DNA of 64,000 bases from Candidatus Woesearchaeota archaeon. Lineage in GTDB: Archaea > Nanobdellota > Nanobdellia > Woesearchaeales > JAGWAF01. The position numbers and the translations under genes are program-made. Shown one piece after another: positions 48,178 to 57,364 of the stretch (the first letter of the stretch is position 1; every line of letters begins with the position of its first letter). The stretch spans positions 4,706 through 68,705 of the forward strand of contig JAGVYP010000066.1 in NCBI GenBank assembly GCA_018303205.1, given 5' to 3'. The notes below the pieces were generated by a model that saw only the letters and a program-made list of their open reading frames with translations, was not told where the DNA came from and did no database searches.

Positions 48178-49386
48178 ATGTCACAATCCTGGATTATCAA
48201 ATACGAACCCAAAACAACTGAAGACATTGCCGGACAAGAGGACGCGTTACTCTCTCTCGATATTTTTATCAAAAATTATAAAACTCAAAAAAAGAAAGCA
48301 GCTTTTCTCTATGGCCCTAGTGGTTGTGGTAAAACCATTCTTGCAAAAGTACTAGCAAAAAAACATAATCTTGAACTCATTGAAGTGAATGCTTCTGATT
48401 ACAGAACAAAAGATCAGATCCAAGAAAAAGTGGGTAATGCAATCAAACAACAATCACTTTTTTCAACAGGAAAACTCATTCTGATAGATGAAATTGATGG
48501 TTTAAGCGGTGTAAAGGACAGAGGAGCACTTACTGCTCTTGCAGATCTCATGAGTACCTCTTCCTTTCCTATTCTTTGTACAGCCTTTGATCCTTATGAT
48601 CAAAAATTTTCAGGTTTTCGCGGAAAAACACAACTCATTGCGTGCAAAGAACTTTCCCACACAGATATTGCAAAAGTTTTAGAAACCCTTTGCAAAAAAG
48701 AAAACATTTCTTATGAAGATCTTGCCTTGAAAGGCCTCGCCAGAAGAAGTGGGGGAGACCTCAGAGCAGCAATCAATGATCTGCAAGGCTTAGCAATGCA
48801 AGGAACTATTACTACAAAACACTTAGAAGATCTTGATGCACGCTATCACATCGAATCCATGCCTCAAGCTCTGATCAAAGTATTCAAAAACAAAGACCCT
48901 CACATCGCTTTACAAGCCTTTGAATATGTTCAAGAAGACATTGACCAACAATTCCTCTGGATAGATGAAAACCTTCCACAAGAATATCAGGGCAAGGCTC
49001 TTGCTGAAGCCTATACCTCTTTGAGCAGAGCAGATGTCTTCAGAGGAAGAATTAGCAGGTGGCAGCACTGGCACTTCTTGACCTCTATCAATGCACTGAT
49101 TACTGCAGGAGTTGCAGCTGCAAAAGAAGAAAAACCCAAATCATTTACACCCTACAAACCAACTATGCGATTATTAAAAATCTGGCAAGCCAACATGAAA
49201 TATCAGAAAAGAAAAGCCATAGCGAAGAAAATTGCAGAGTATACCCATTGCTCACCTTATGATGCACTTCAAAGTACACTTCCTTTTTTTACAGCAATAT
49301 TTAAAAACTACAATCCAGAACAAAAGAAAAAAATGATGGAACTCCTTGATTTTGATGAAGATGAAAAAAACTGGTTAGAACAATGA
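48178..49386 (+). CDS. rfcL: replication factor C large subunit
   Basis: …WIIKYEPKTTEDIAGQ… then Walker A LYGPSGCGKT, ELIEVNASDYR. About 400 aa. True start likely ATG 48178; the ORF-track 47947 start overlaps valS. Confidence 0.75.
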   Translation: MSQSWIIKYEPKTTEDIAGQEDALLSLDIFIKNYKTQKKKAAFLYGPSGCGKTILAKVLAKKHNLELIEVNASDYRTKDQIQEKVGNAIKQQSLFSTGKLILIDEIDGLSGVKDRGALTALADLMSTSSFPILCTAFDPYDQKFSGFRGKTQLIACKELSHTDIAKVLETLCKKENISYEDLALKGLARRSGGDLRAAINDLQGLAMQGTITTKHLEDLDARYHIESMPQALIKVFKNKDPHIALQAFEYVQEDIDQQFLWIDENLPQEYQGKALAEAYTSLSRADVFRGRISRWQHWHFLTSINALITAGVAAAKEEKPKSFTPYKPTMRLLKIWQANMKYQKRKAIAKKIAEYTHCSPYDALQSTLPFFTAIFKNYNPEQKKKMMELLDFDEDEKNWLEQ

Positions 49387-50138
49387 TAGAACCACTCTTC
49401 TTTACACTCATCAGTGTTATTCTCATAAGCCTCGTCTCTTTTATCGGTATCTCAGCTTTTTTTCTGAAGGCATTCCATTCAGAAGAACTCACTCATTTTT
49501 TTGTCAGCTTTGCAGCAGGAGCATTGCTTGCAGATGTCTTTATTCACATTCTTCCAGAAATTGTTGAAGAAACAGGATTCACACTTTGGATTTCCATTGC
49601 TCTGCTCCTTGGAATTTTAATTTTTTTTATTCTTGAAAAATTCTTGTATTGGCACCACTGCCATGCTCAAGGTAATCATGCACAATGCCATCCTAAACCT
49701 TTTGCGTATATGAACCTTGTCGCAGATGGCTTGCATAATTTTATTGATGGCCTTGTTATTGGAGGCAGTTATCTCATCAGTGCACCTGTAGGTGTTGCTA
49801 CAACAGTTGCTGTTATCATGCATGAAATTCCGCAAGAAATAGGGGATTTTGCTGTGCTTCTCAAAGCAGGTTTTTCAAGAAAAAAAGCACTACTTTTTAA
49901 TTTTCTCTCTGCAGTTACCGCTATTTTTGGCGGCCTTCTCGCTATTCTCATTGGGTTCCAATCAACACTCTTTTCTGCAGGTATTCTTGCAGTTACCGCC
50001 GGCTGCTTTATGTACATTGCATTAGCAGACCTTATCCCAGAACTCCACAAAGAACCTTCACATGGAAAAAGCACACTGCATTTTTTCGGCATTCTCCTAG
50101 GAATGGCAGTAATGTTCCTCCTCTTATTTTTTGAGTAA
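49383..50138 (+). CDS. ZIP-family metal transporter (ZupT-like)
   Basis: HEIPQEIGDFAVL and HN…DG motifs, 8 TM. Confidence 0.8.
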   Translation: MIEPLFFTLISVILISLVSFIGISAFFLKAFHSEELTHFFVSFAAGALLADVFIHILPEIVEETGFTLWISIALLLGILIFFILEKFLYWHHCHAQGNHAQCHPKPFAYMNLVADGLHNFIDGLVIGGSYLISAPVGVATTVAVIMHEIPQEIGDFAVLLKAGFSRKKALLFNFLSAVTAIFGGLLAILIGFQSTLFSAGILAVTAGCFMYIALADLIPELHKEPSHGKSTLHFFGILLGMAVMFLLLFFE

Positions 50139-50264
50139 AAAAGTTTTTCATGTTTCTCTTTATTTTCGTTTGAACTTTTTTTTGACTTTCTTCTTCTTTT
50201 AGCTTTTTTAATGAAAAACGATAAAAATAAAACAGTATTTCCTTCATAAAAATTTGTTAGATAT

Positions 50265-50687
50265 TCAAGAGTTCTCTTTTGCTAATCTTGCAGCAGTCGT
50301 TGTTTCATGATAAATTCTCAAACAGGTTATCTTTCCTTGAGCGATATCAAAGCGATTCACACCTCGTAACTCAAATGTAAACGGCTTTTTTACCGTGCTA
50401 TCCCCTACCAGAACTCCTGCACGATAGGTCAAGCTTGCTTTCCACTCTGCCAAAATGATTTTTTTATTATCCATTTCTTTCTCCATGATATTTATAACTT
50501 GAAAAGAACACTGAGAAATTCTCTTCTTAAAATCATTATTATACTCTTTCACTCCTTTTCTTCCTTTATACATGGGAAAATGCACGTTGTAAATCTCAAT
50601 ATCATTATCAAAAATTTCAAAGAATATTTTTTCATCACTTGTTTCTCTTGCTTTGAAATATTTTTCAATCAGTGCAGTATGTTCCAT
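50265..50687 (-). CDS. NTF2-like/SnoaL-like small protein
   Basis: 140-aa ORF; low-confidence fold assignment from composition and length. Confidence 0.4.
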   Translation of the reverse strand: MEHTALIEKYFKARETSDEKIFFEIFDNDIEIYNVHFPMYKGRKGVKEYNNDFKKRISQCSFQVINIMEKEMDNKKIILAEWKASLTYRAGVLVGDSTVKKPFTFELRGVNRFDIAQGKITCLRIYHETTTAARLAKENS

Positions 50688-50740
50688 ACTACCACTTTAC
50701 TAAGTAAACTATATAAAGACTAAGTATCTCAGAGTAAAGC

Positions 50741-51085
50741 ATGACTTATCAGTGGACAAAACAAAGCATGGATTATCGTCAGTATACCTGTCCCATCCAT
50801 AAAACAACTTTGCTTGTTGGAGATCGATGGACTCTTTTTCTGATCAGAGAATTTATTTATGAAAACGAAGAGCAAGGCTTTAATCAGCTTCTTCGTGCTT
50901 TGAAACCTATTAGTTCCAGAACGCTCTCTAAAAAATTAAAACAGTTAGTAGATCATGATATTATCAAAAAAAAGATTACTAAAGAAAAACCTCTTCAAGT
51001 AAAATACCATATCACCAAAAAAGGTAGAGCACTCAAAAAAGCATTAGACAGTATGGGTGTTTGGTATAAGAAATATCATACGTAA
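50741..51085 (+). CDS. HxlR-family winged-helix transcriptional regulator
   Basis: CPIHKTTLLVGDRWTLFLIREF… typical HxlR N-terminus. Confidence 0.7.
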   Translation: MTYQWTKQSMDYRQYTCPIHKTTLLVGDRWTLFLIREFIYENEEQGFNQLLRALKPISSRTLSKKLKQLVDHDIIKKKITKEKPLQVKYHITKKGRALKKALDSMGVWYKKYHT

Positions 51086-51166
51086 TCATCTCTTTTGTTT
51101 TTTTCGTTATCGTAAAAAAGATTATAAGAAGATAAGGACATAAAAAAAGATGAATGAAAAATAGGC

Positions 51167-51880
51167 TTAGTGCCCTCCTAAATACAAATGTTCTACTTCT
51201 TTATCATGTAACAGTTCTTCACCTGTTCCTTCCAAACGATTTCTTCCCAACTCTAAAACATAAGCTCTGTCAGAAAGCTTTAATGCCATACGAGCGTTTT
51301 GTTCTACCATGAGGATAGCAAGTCTTGTTTCTTTATTGATCTCCTTCACTTTTTCAAAAATAAGCTTTTTCATCTTCGGACTTAAACCAAGCGTTGGTTC
51401 GTCCATCAAAAGAAGTTTTGGCTTGATTAACAACGCTCTTCCCAGAGCAAGCATCTGCTGTTCTCCACCACTCAAAAGGCCTGCTTTTTGCTTTTTTTTG
51501 TCTGCTAACACAGGAAATTGTGAGTACACTTCTTTTATCCTTTTATCCAAATCCTTTTTCAAAATAAAACCAAGAAGTTCTAAATTTTCTTCTACCCTTA
51601 AACTTGGAAATACTGATCTTCCTTGAGGTACAAAACTTATTCCTTCTTTTACCAAATGATGTGATGCAATAGTACTGATTTCTTTCCCTTGTAAAAAAAT
51701 ATTTCCCTCTTTTCTTGGGACAAGATTTGCTATTGCTTTCAAACAAGTACTCTTTCCCGCTCCATTAGGCCCAATAATAGAAACGATCTCTCCCTCTTTT
51801 ACATGCATATTGACCTGATGCAAGATTTGTGCCTGATCATACCACGCGTTAAGATTTTTTATGGTTAACAGATTACTCAT
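51167..51880 (-). CDS. branched-chain amino acid ABC transporter ATP-binding protein (LivF-like)
   Basis: Walker A GPNGAGKST, signature LSGGEQQMLALGRAL, Walker B LLMDEPT. Confidence 0.85.
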   Translation of the reverse strand: MSNLLTIKNLNAWYDQAQILHQVNMHVKEGEIVSIIGPNGAGKSTCLKAIANLVPRKEGNIFLQGKEISTIASHHLVKEGISFVPQGRSVFPSLRVEENLELLGFILKKDLDKRIKEVYSQFPVLADKKKQKAGLLSGGEQQMLALGRALLIKPKLLLMDEPTLGLSPKMKKLIFEKVKEINKETRLAILMVEQNARMALKLSDRAYVLELGRNRLEGTGEELLHDKEVEHLYLGGH

Positions 51881-52332
51881 AATTCTTCCTCAATAAGACT
51901 TTTTATCATTACTATCTCATTCTTGCCATCACTTCTCAGATGAGAGAGTACTCCTCCTTCTTGGTATCCTCTCTGCTTGTTTCTTGTTCGTGCATTTTGA
52001 TTTTGTTCTGCACAGCTTGTTATCACTTTTTGAAATCCTAACTGTTTGCAATAAGACTCTACAGTCATCATTAATTTCGTATCAAAACCCTCATGTTCTT
52101 CTCCTCTCATTAAAAAAGGCTCATGAAGATACGGAAGAAACAACACGCTTCTTTTTTCAAGTAGGAGATATCCTCGAGGTGTCTGATCTTCCAGAGCAAT
52201 AAAAATCTCTTCCTTGTTTATCTTTTCTGTAAAAAATCTCTCTGCCATAGGCTGGAGAGGATAATATTCCTGATACAACTGTTGCAAAAAAACAAGATCT
52301 GCTTCTGTTGCACTTCTCACCCATCGTCTCAT
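51877..52332 (-). CDS. putative GNAT-family acetyltransferase inserted in the liv operon
   Basis: 151 aa with a weak acetyl-CoA-binding-like segment (RGEEHEGFDTKLM). 4-nt overlaps with both neighbours. Confidence 0.35.
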   Translation of the reverse strand: MRRWVRSATEADLVFLQQLYQEYYPLQPMAERFFTEKINKEEIFIALEDQTPRGYLLLEKRSVLFLPYLHEPFLMRGEEHEGFDTKLMMTVESYCKQLGFQKVITSCAEQNQNARTRNKQRGYQEGGVLSHLRSDGKNEIVMIKSLIEEEL

Positions 52333-53105
52333 ACATCTCCTCCTAAGTACGCGTCAATAACACGCTTGTTCTTTCTTATTTCCCCAGGCTTTCCTATTGC
52401 AATTTCTTCACCATAATCAAGCACAATAATCTTGTCTGCAATGTTCATCACAAATTCCATATCATGCTCAATAAAAAGAATTGTTGTACCCTTCTTTTTT
52501 AATTCGAGAAGAAGCTCTCTTATTTTTTTTAGCATGCTTGGATTTACACCTGCTGCAGGTTCATCCAACATCAGCAATACAGGTTCTTTGTACATTGCAC
52601 GTGCTATCTCCAAGAGCTTTTGTTGTCCATAACTCAGGTTTCCTGCTTTTTCGTTCTGTAGTTTCTTTAACCCAACTCTTTCTAATATTTTTAATGCCTC
52701 TTCTCTATTCATCCTTTCTTGTTCTCTCATTTTTTTATTTTTCAAGAAAACATGATACACTTTTTCATACACGTTAGGAGATGCTATCAACATATTTTCC
52801 ATCACACTCATCTTCGGAAATAAGCGTATCGTTTGGAACGTTCTTGTTATACCTTGTTGTGCTCTCTGATGAGGAAGCAAGAAAGTGATATCTCTTCCTT
52901 TCCACAGGATCCTTCCTTGTTCTTGTTTCATAAATCCCGTAATTACATTAAAAACGGTTGTCTTCCCAGCCCCATTCGGTCCTATCAAAGCTGTGATGCT
53001 TTTTTCTTCTACTTGAAAACTACAATTCTTAACAGCAATAACTCCTCCAAACGATTTATGGAGTCCCTCAACTTGCAAGATCATGATTTCCTCTCCTCTT
53101 TTCAC
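52329..53105 (-). CDS. branched-chain amino acid ABC transporter ATP-binding protein (LivG-like)
   Basis: Walker A GPNGAGKTT, signature LSYGQQKLLEIARAM, Walker B LMLDEPAAG. Confidence 0.85.
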   Translation of the reverse strand: MKRGEEIMILQVEGLHKSFGGVIAVKNCSFQVEEKSITALIGPNGAGKTTVFNVITGFMKQEQGRILWKGRDITFLLPHQRAQQGITRTFQTIRLFPKMSVMENMLIASPNVYEKVYHVFLKNKKMREQERMNREEALKILERVGLKKLQNEKAGNLSYGQQKLLEIARAMYKEPVLLMLDEPAAGVNPSMLKKIRELLLELKKKGTTILFIEHDMEFVMNIADKIIVLDYGEEIAIGKPGEIRKNKRVIDAYLGGDV

Positions 53106-53973
53106 CTAGCAATCCTTCTCTTTTATAGAGCATCAGCACAACTAAGATGACACCGTATAATAAAAATTTTATACCTGCTTGCATCTCTATAGAAACAGGA
53201 AGCCATTCTTGCACGACCATTTTGAAAAGTTCAGGAAAAATGATCAACAGCACAGCACCCAGAACACTTCCTGCAATGCTTCCCAATCCTCCCAGCACAA
53301 CCATGCACACGATAATGATACTTTCCATAAAACCAAAAGAATTAGGCTCAATATACGTAATATAATGCGCAAATAAACTTCCAGCGATTCCTGCAAAACA
53401 TGCTCCTAGAGAAACCGCAATAACTTTGTACTGGAAAACATTTTTTCCTAATGAGGAAACAGCTAATTCATCCTCGCGTATTCCACGCAATACTCTACCA
53501 AAAGGACTCTGTGCTATACACCACAGCAAAAAAATACAGAGCACAGCAATGATCAGGTATAAAACAAAATACTGAAGTTGCGTTTTTATAACTATACCAA
53601 AAAAAGAAGGACGAGGAATACCTACCAAGCCTAAAGCTCCTCTGGTAAGATCTCCGCCATTTTTTAAAAGAATACGAACAATTTCTCCAAAACCCAATGT
53701 TGCAATAGCCAAATAATCTCCCCTTAATCGTAAACTACTTCCTCCAATGACCAAACCAAAGAGTGCAGCTACACATCCTCCACTGATCATGCTTATCCAA
53801 AAAGAAAAACCTGCTAAAGACAGCAATGCAGACGTGTACGCTCCCAAGGCAAAAAAAGCAGCATGACCCAAATTAAGCAGTCCTGTAAAACCCAAAATCA
53901 TGTTCAAACTTACCGCGAGAATGCTATACATACAGATCATAATCGCAATGCTCAAAAAATAATCCGTGATCAT
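53068..53973 (-). CDS. branched-chain amino acid ABC transporter permease (LivM-like)
   Basis: 301 aa polytopic membrane protein. Confidence 0.8.
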   Translation of the reverse strand: MITDYFLSIAIMICMYSILAVSLNMILGFTGLLNLGHAAFFALGAYTSALLSLAGFSFWISMISGGCVAALFGLVIGGSSLRLRGDYLAIATLGFGEIVRILLKNGGDLTRGALGLVGIPRPSFFGIVIKTQLQYFVLYLIIAVLCIFLLWCIAQSPFGRVLRGIREDELAVSSLGKNVFQYKVIAVSLGACFAGIAGSLFAHYITYIEPNSFGFMESIIIVCMVVLGGLGSIAGSVLGAVLLIIFPELFKMVVQEWLPVSIEMQAGIKFLLYGVILVVLMLYKREGLLGEKRRGNHDLAS

Positions 53974-55040
53974 GCACGCACCTCTTCTTCTTTTTGTTGT
54001 CCAAAAAACCCAGAAGGCTTCAAGAGTAACATCAGTAATAAGATGACAAATGCTATCGCATCCTTATACCCACTCGGAATAAACCAGATACCTATATTTT
54101 CTGCAAAACCAATAAAGTACCCACCCAATACTGCGCCATAGATATTACCAATGCCTCCAATAACAGCAGCAGTAAACGCTTTTATCCCTGGAACAATACC
54201 CATGGTAGGATGCAAGTTTTGTTCAATCCCAATCAAGATGCCAGCAACAGCAGCCAATCCTGAACCTATCATAAAAACAAGAGAAATCACCTTATCAGGA
54301 TTAATACCTATTATTTTTGCAACATCCATATTATCAGTTACTGCACGCATGGCTTTTCCATACTTCGTGTACTTCAAAAAAAGATGCAAAAGAATCATGA
54401 TAATAATAGACGTGAGAATAATAAGGAGTTGATGAGGAGTTATACTTGCCCCAAATACTTCATAACTTTCTTGCGTTTTATACTCAAAACTTCGTATCTC
54501 ACCGCCAAACATTAGCAATGCAAGTGCTTGAAGAATAATAGAAAAACCAATCGCAGTAATCAAAGGAGTTAGCCTATCCTTACCACGCAATTTTTTATAT
54601 CCCACTTTTTCTATAACGAATCCTAATATTGCGCACACGATAATTGATATTAACGCACTGATCCAGAGCGGCAAAGCATGCACCAGAAGATACAAGAAAA
54701 AATACGAAATACTCTTAGCAACGACCAAAAGAATACCTGCAATGATCAGATACTGATACCACACTCTCTTTTTAAAAAAAGAATCAAAAGGAATATGATA
54801 CGCTAAAAAAAGAACAACAAGAATACTCATAAACCAGGAAAAAGGCACTGCAACCTGCATCGGAAGAGCGACAGAAGCAGCATACGCAGTATAAGCACCT
54901 ATCATAAAAATTTCACCATGAGCAAAATTAATGAATTTGAGAACACCATACACCATCGTATAGCCTAATGCAATCAACGCATAGATACCTCCAGCAAGAA
55001 TACTATTCAGAACAAGCTGTACAGCAATACTCAGGTCCAT
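53970..55040 (-). CDS. branched-chain amino acid ABC transporter permease (LivH-like)
   Basis: 356 aa polytopic membrane protein. First gene of the operon. Confidence 0.8.
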   Translation of the reverse strand: MDLSIAVQLVLNSILAGGIYALIALGYTMVYGVLKFINFAHGEIFMIGAYTAYAASVALPMQVAVPFSWFMSILVVLFLAYHIPFDSFFKKRVWYQYLIIAGILLVVAKSISYFFLYLLVHALPLWISALISIIVCAILGFVIEKVGYKKLRGKDRLTPLITAIGFSIILQALALLMFGGEIRSFEYKTQESYEVFGASITPHQLLIILTSIIIMILLHLFLKYTKYGKAMRAVTDNMDVAKIIGINPDKVISLVFMIGSGLAAVAGILIGIEQNLHPTMGIVPGIKAFTAAVIGGIGNIYGAVLGGYFIGFAENIGIWFIPSGYKDAIAFVILLLMLLLKPSGFFGQQKEEEVRA

Positions 55041-55109
55041 AACCTGAAAAACTCTCCCAGTCTTTTAAGCTTTGCGGGAACAAAGATCTTATTAAGGTTG
55101 GCATCCTCA

Positions 55110-55137
55110 GGTCGAAGAGTAAACCTCCGTGACGACC
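55110..55137 (-). repeat. 28-nt remnant of the structured repeat family (5' arm of a copy-B-type element)
   Basis: Reverse complement GGTCGTCACGGAGGTTTACTCTTCGACC matches copy B 5' end AGGTCATCACGGAGGTTTACTCTTCGTCC at 25/28 positions. Itself a short palindrome (GGTCG…CGACC). Confidence 0.55.
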
Positions 55138-55294
55138 TTCTAAAGAGATAATAAATCAAAAAAATGAATAAAAAATGGATTCTGCCTCACTTTTTCATTA
55201 AGAGCGTGCATAACATAATCAAATTGTCCTCTCCGGCAGTGTAAAAAGCGTTCTGCTAAGAAAGCTTTATAAGAATCTTATATTCATAAATTGT

Positions 55295-56398
55295 ATGAAG
55301 CTATTCATGGTAGGTTATGTAGTCATACTCTTACTCTCAAATATCATTCTAGCTCAGGAGGAAAACGAGACTCTTGATTTTACTAAAGATAGAAACATTC
55401 TCCCACCCTCCCCTCCTGATGAGAATACGATCAATATCATTTTTGAAATTCGTGATGAAGCGGAAAATTTGCTTTCAAATACACACCTTATTTTTATCTT
55501 GACGAATACCCAAACTGATGAAACACTCAACCTTCTTCAATATACCGATACAGGAACAACTTTTCTGAACATAAAAAAAGGTATTTGGAAGGGTAAATTA
55601 GGAGTTGATGAAGCAATACATTTAGGAAGTGATTATTTTGCAAATATTTATCTGGATACAAATGAAAAAAGAGAGTATACTCCTCATCTTATTCATGTTG
55701 GAAATATTCTTGGAGAAGTTTATGATGAAAATAACCGGCTTGTCAAAGGAGCAAAAGTGAGTTCGCAATGTACTCAGTATTTAGTAGAAGATAGTGAAAC
55801 TGATGAGTTTGGAACATTTCTTCTTGAGTATCTTGCTCCAGGAGAATGTCGTATTGCTGCTTTGTATGATGATCGTATCGGGTTTAGTACCGTTATGATA
55901 ACGCCAAGTACTTTGACGTATGCAAAAATTATTCTTGATCAAAGAACCGTTCAAAATAATACAAACCTTTGGTTTATAGGGGCAGTAGTTATCATTTTCG
56001 TATTCTTTCTTTTTTACCAGTTCAATAAAAATAAAACAAAAAAAGATGATGTTGGGCAACAAAAAAATAAAAAAAGTATACAACTACAAAAAAAAGAAAA
56101 AGTTCAATTACCAAAAAAAGAAGAAAAAAATATTCAACAAGAAAAGAACGACATTGATCAAAAGCGTGTCAATGATATCCTTAACTCATTAAAAGCAAGA
56201 GAAAAGCAAATCGTCACGTTTCTTTTAGAAAATAACTACCAAGCTACTCAAGCAAAAATTATTTCCGGTACAGGAATTCCCAAAACTTCATTGATGAGAA
56301 CCTTAGATTCCCTTGTTATGAGAAATATTATTCAAGTTCAGAAGATACAAAAAGCAAAGAAAATAAGCCTTACTAATTGGTTTTTAGGGATGGAATAA
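55295..56398 (+). CDS. membrane-tethered winged-helix (MarR/TrmB-like) regulator with extracellular CarboxypepD_reg-like domain
   Basis: Signal peptide, extracellular domain of about 220 aa (…GEVYDENNRLVKGAKVS…ETDEFGTFLLEYLAPGECRIAAL…), one TM (LWFIGAVVIIFVFFLFYQF), K/Q-rich linker, then a C-terminal HTH (…KQIVTFLLENNYQATQAKIISGTGIPKTSLMRTLDSLVMRNIIQ…). Confidence 0.55.
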   Translation: MKLFMVGYVVILLLSNIILAQEENETLDFTKDRNILPPSPPDENTINIIFEIRDEAENLLSNTHLIFILTNTQTDETLNLLQYTDTGTTFLNIKKGIWKGKLGVDEAIHLGSDYFANIYLDTNEKREYTPHLIHVGNILGEVYDENNRLVKGAKVSSQCTQYLVEDSETDEFGTFLLEYLAPGECRIAALYDDRIGFSTVMITPSTLTYAKIILDQRTVQNNTNLWFIGAVVIIFVFFLFYQFNKNKTKKDDVGQQKNKKSIQLQKKEKVQLPKKEEKNIQQEKNDIDQKRVNDILNSLKAREKQIVTFLLENNYQATQAKIISGTGIPKTSLMRTLDSLVMRNIIQVQKIQKAKKISLTNWFLGME

Positions 56399-56419
56399 GT
56401 TAGTCAAATCATAATACCA

Positions 56420-57250
56420 TCATTTTTTCTTTTCAGACAGAAGTCTTACACCCAGAATATACGCATAAGCAATAAGCAAATAAATATACGTAACAACTAT
56501 ATTTATACCGCCAAATATTTTTAACATATTCTCAGATGGAGGATAAAAGGGAGGACTGTTCATGGTTTCAGTGCTCATTAAAAACATAAGGATCGTGTTC
56601 ATACCGATTATAATATACGAAATAATCAATAAAGTTCCCATAGTTTTCGCATGCTTAAGCTTATCCATCTTGCGTAAACCCATTCCAAAAATGATCATGG
56701 CTATAGCAAAAAGTAAATTTAACGTCATGCTAAATATCACGAAAGTATGGAGAGTTCCAAGAGGGATGCCTAAAATGTGAATAATTTCTGTTTCGCTTAC
56801 CTGTTGCAAAATGGTAAATTGAATTAAAGTATAGCACAATTGAAGTAAAAACAAAATTATCACTATCATAGGTATTTTCGAAAATATTTTATCTTTTAGT
56901 TTTACAAATATTTCTTTAAAACCAAGAATAAACAAAGGAAAAGCTATTAAGAAAATAGGGTATGAGAAAAAAGCTACACTGCCATAAATAACCATTTCAA
57001 ATTCTCCATATAACCCTGGAATAGGAAACCATTGAGATCCGTCAAGAAGAGGTTGAAGCAACCACAAGATTGTTGACAGAACAGGACTAAGTAAAGTACA
57101 GATAACTGCTAAAATTCCTGCAATTTTTGAATATTTAACGGGAAGATTCATATATTTTGTTCTGTTAGGAAGAGACTTATATACTTTACTATACAATAAT
57201 AAAATTAAGTCAAGTGGGAATAGAATTTGAGCAATAACTTCGGTTTTCAC
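56420..57250 (-). CDS. polytopic membrane protein, hypothetical
   Basis: 276 aa with about 7 TM helices. Confidence 0.45.
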   Translation of the reverse strand: MKTEVIAQILFPLDLILLLYSKVYKSLPNRTKYMNLPVKYSKIAGILAVICTLLSPVLSTILWLLQPLLDGSQWFPIPGLYGEFEMVIYGSVAFFSYPIFLIAFPLFILGFKEIFVKLKDKIFSKIPMIVIILFLLQLCYTLIQFTILQQVSETEIIHILGIPLGTLHTFVIFSMTLNLLFAIAMIIFGMGLRKMDKLKHAKTMGTLLIISYIIIGMNTILMFLMSTETMNSPPFYPPSENMLKIFGGINIVVTYIYLLIAYAYILGVRLLSEKKK

Positions 57251-57289
57251 ATCCCTATAAACCTTGATTTAACCAAGAAATAAGCTTAT

Positions 57290-57316
57290 GGACCTATCTG
57301 GACCTTCAAGGTCCGC
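57290..57316. promoter_or_regulatory. GGACC-N5-GGACC-N5-GGTCC repeat/hairpin in a divergent promoter region, followed by a TATA-like CCTATATATAAA (57321-57332)
   Basis: GGACCTATCTGGACCTTCAAGGTCCGC, two direct GGACC copies plus one inverted copy, can form a 5-bp hairpin (GGACC TTCAA GGTCC). Confidence 0.35.
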
Positions 57317-57364
57317 TTAACCTATATATAAACGTCCACATTAACAGTTGTAGCATCAGCAAAG

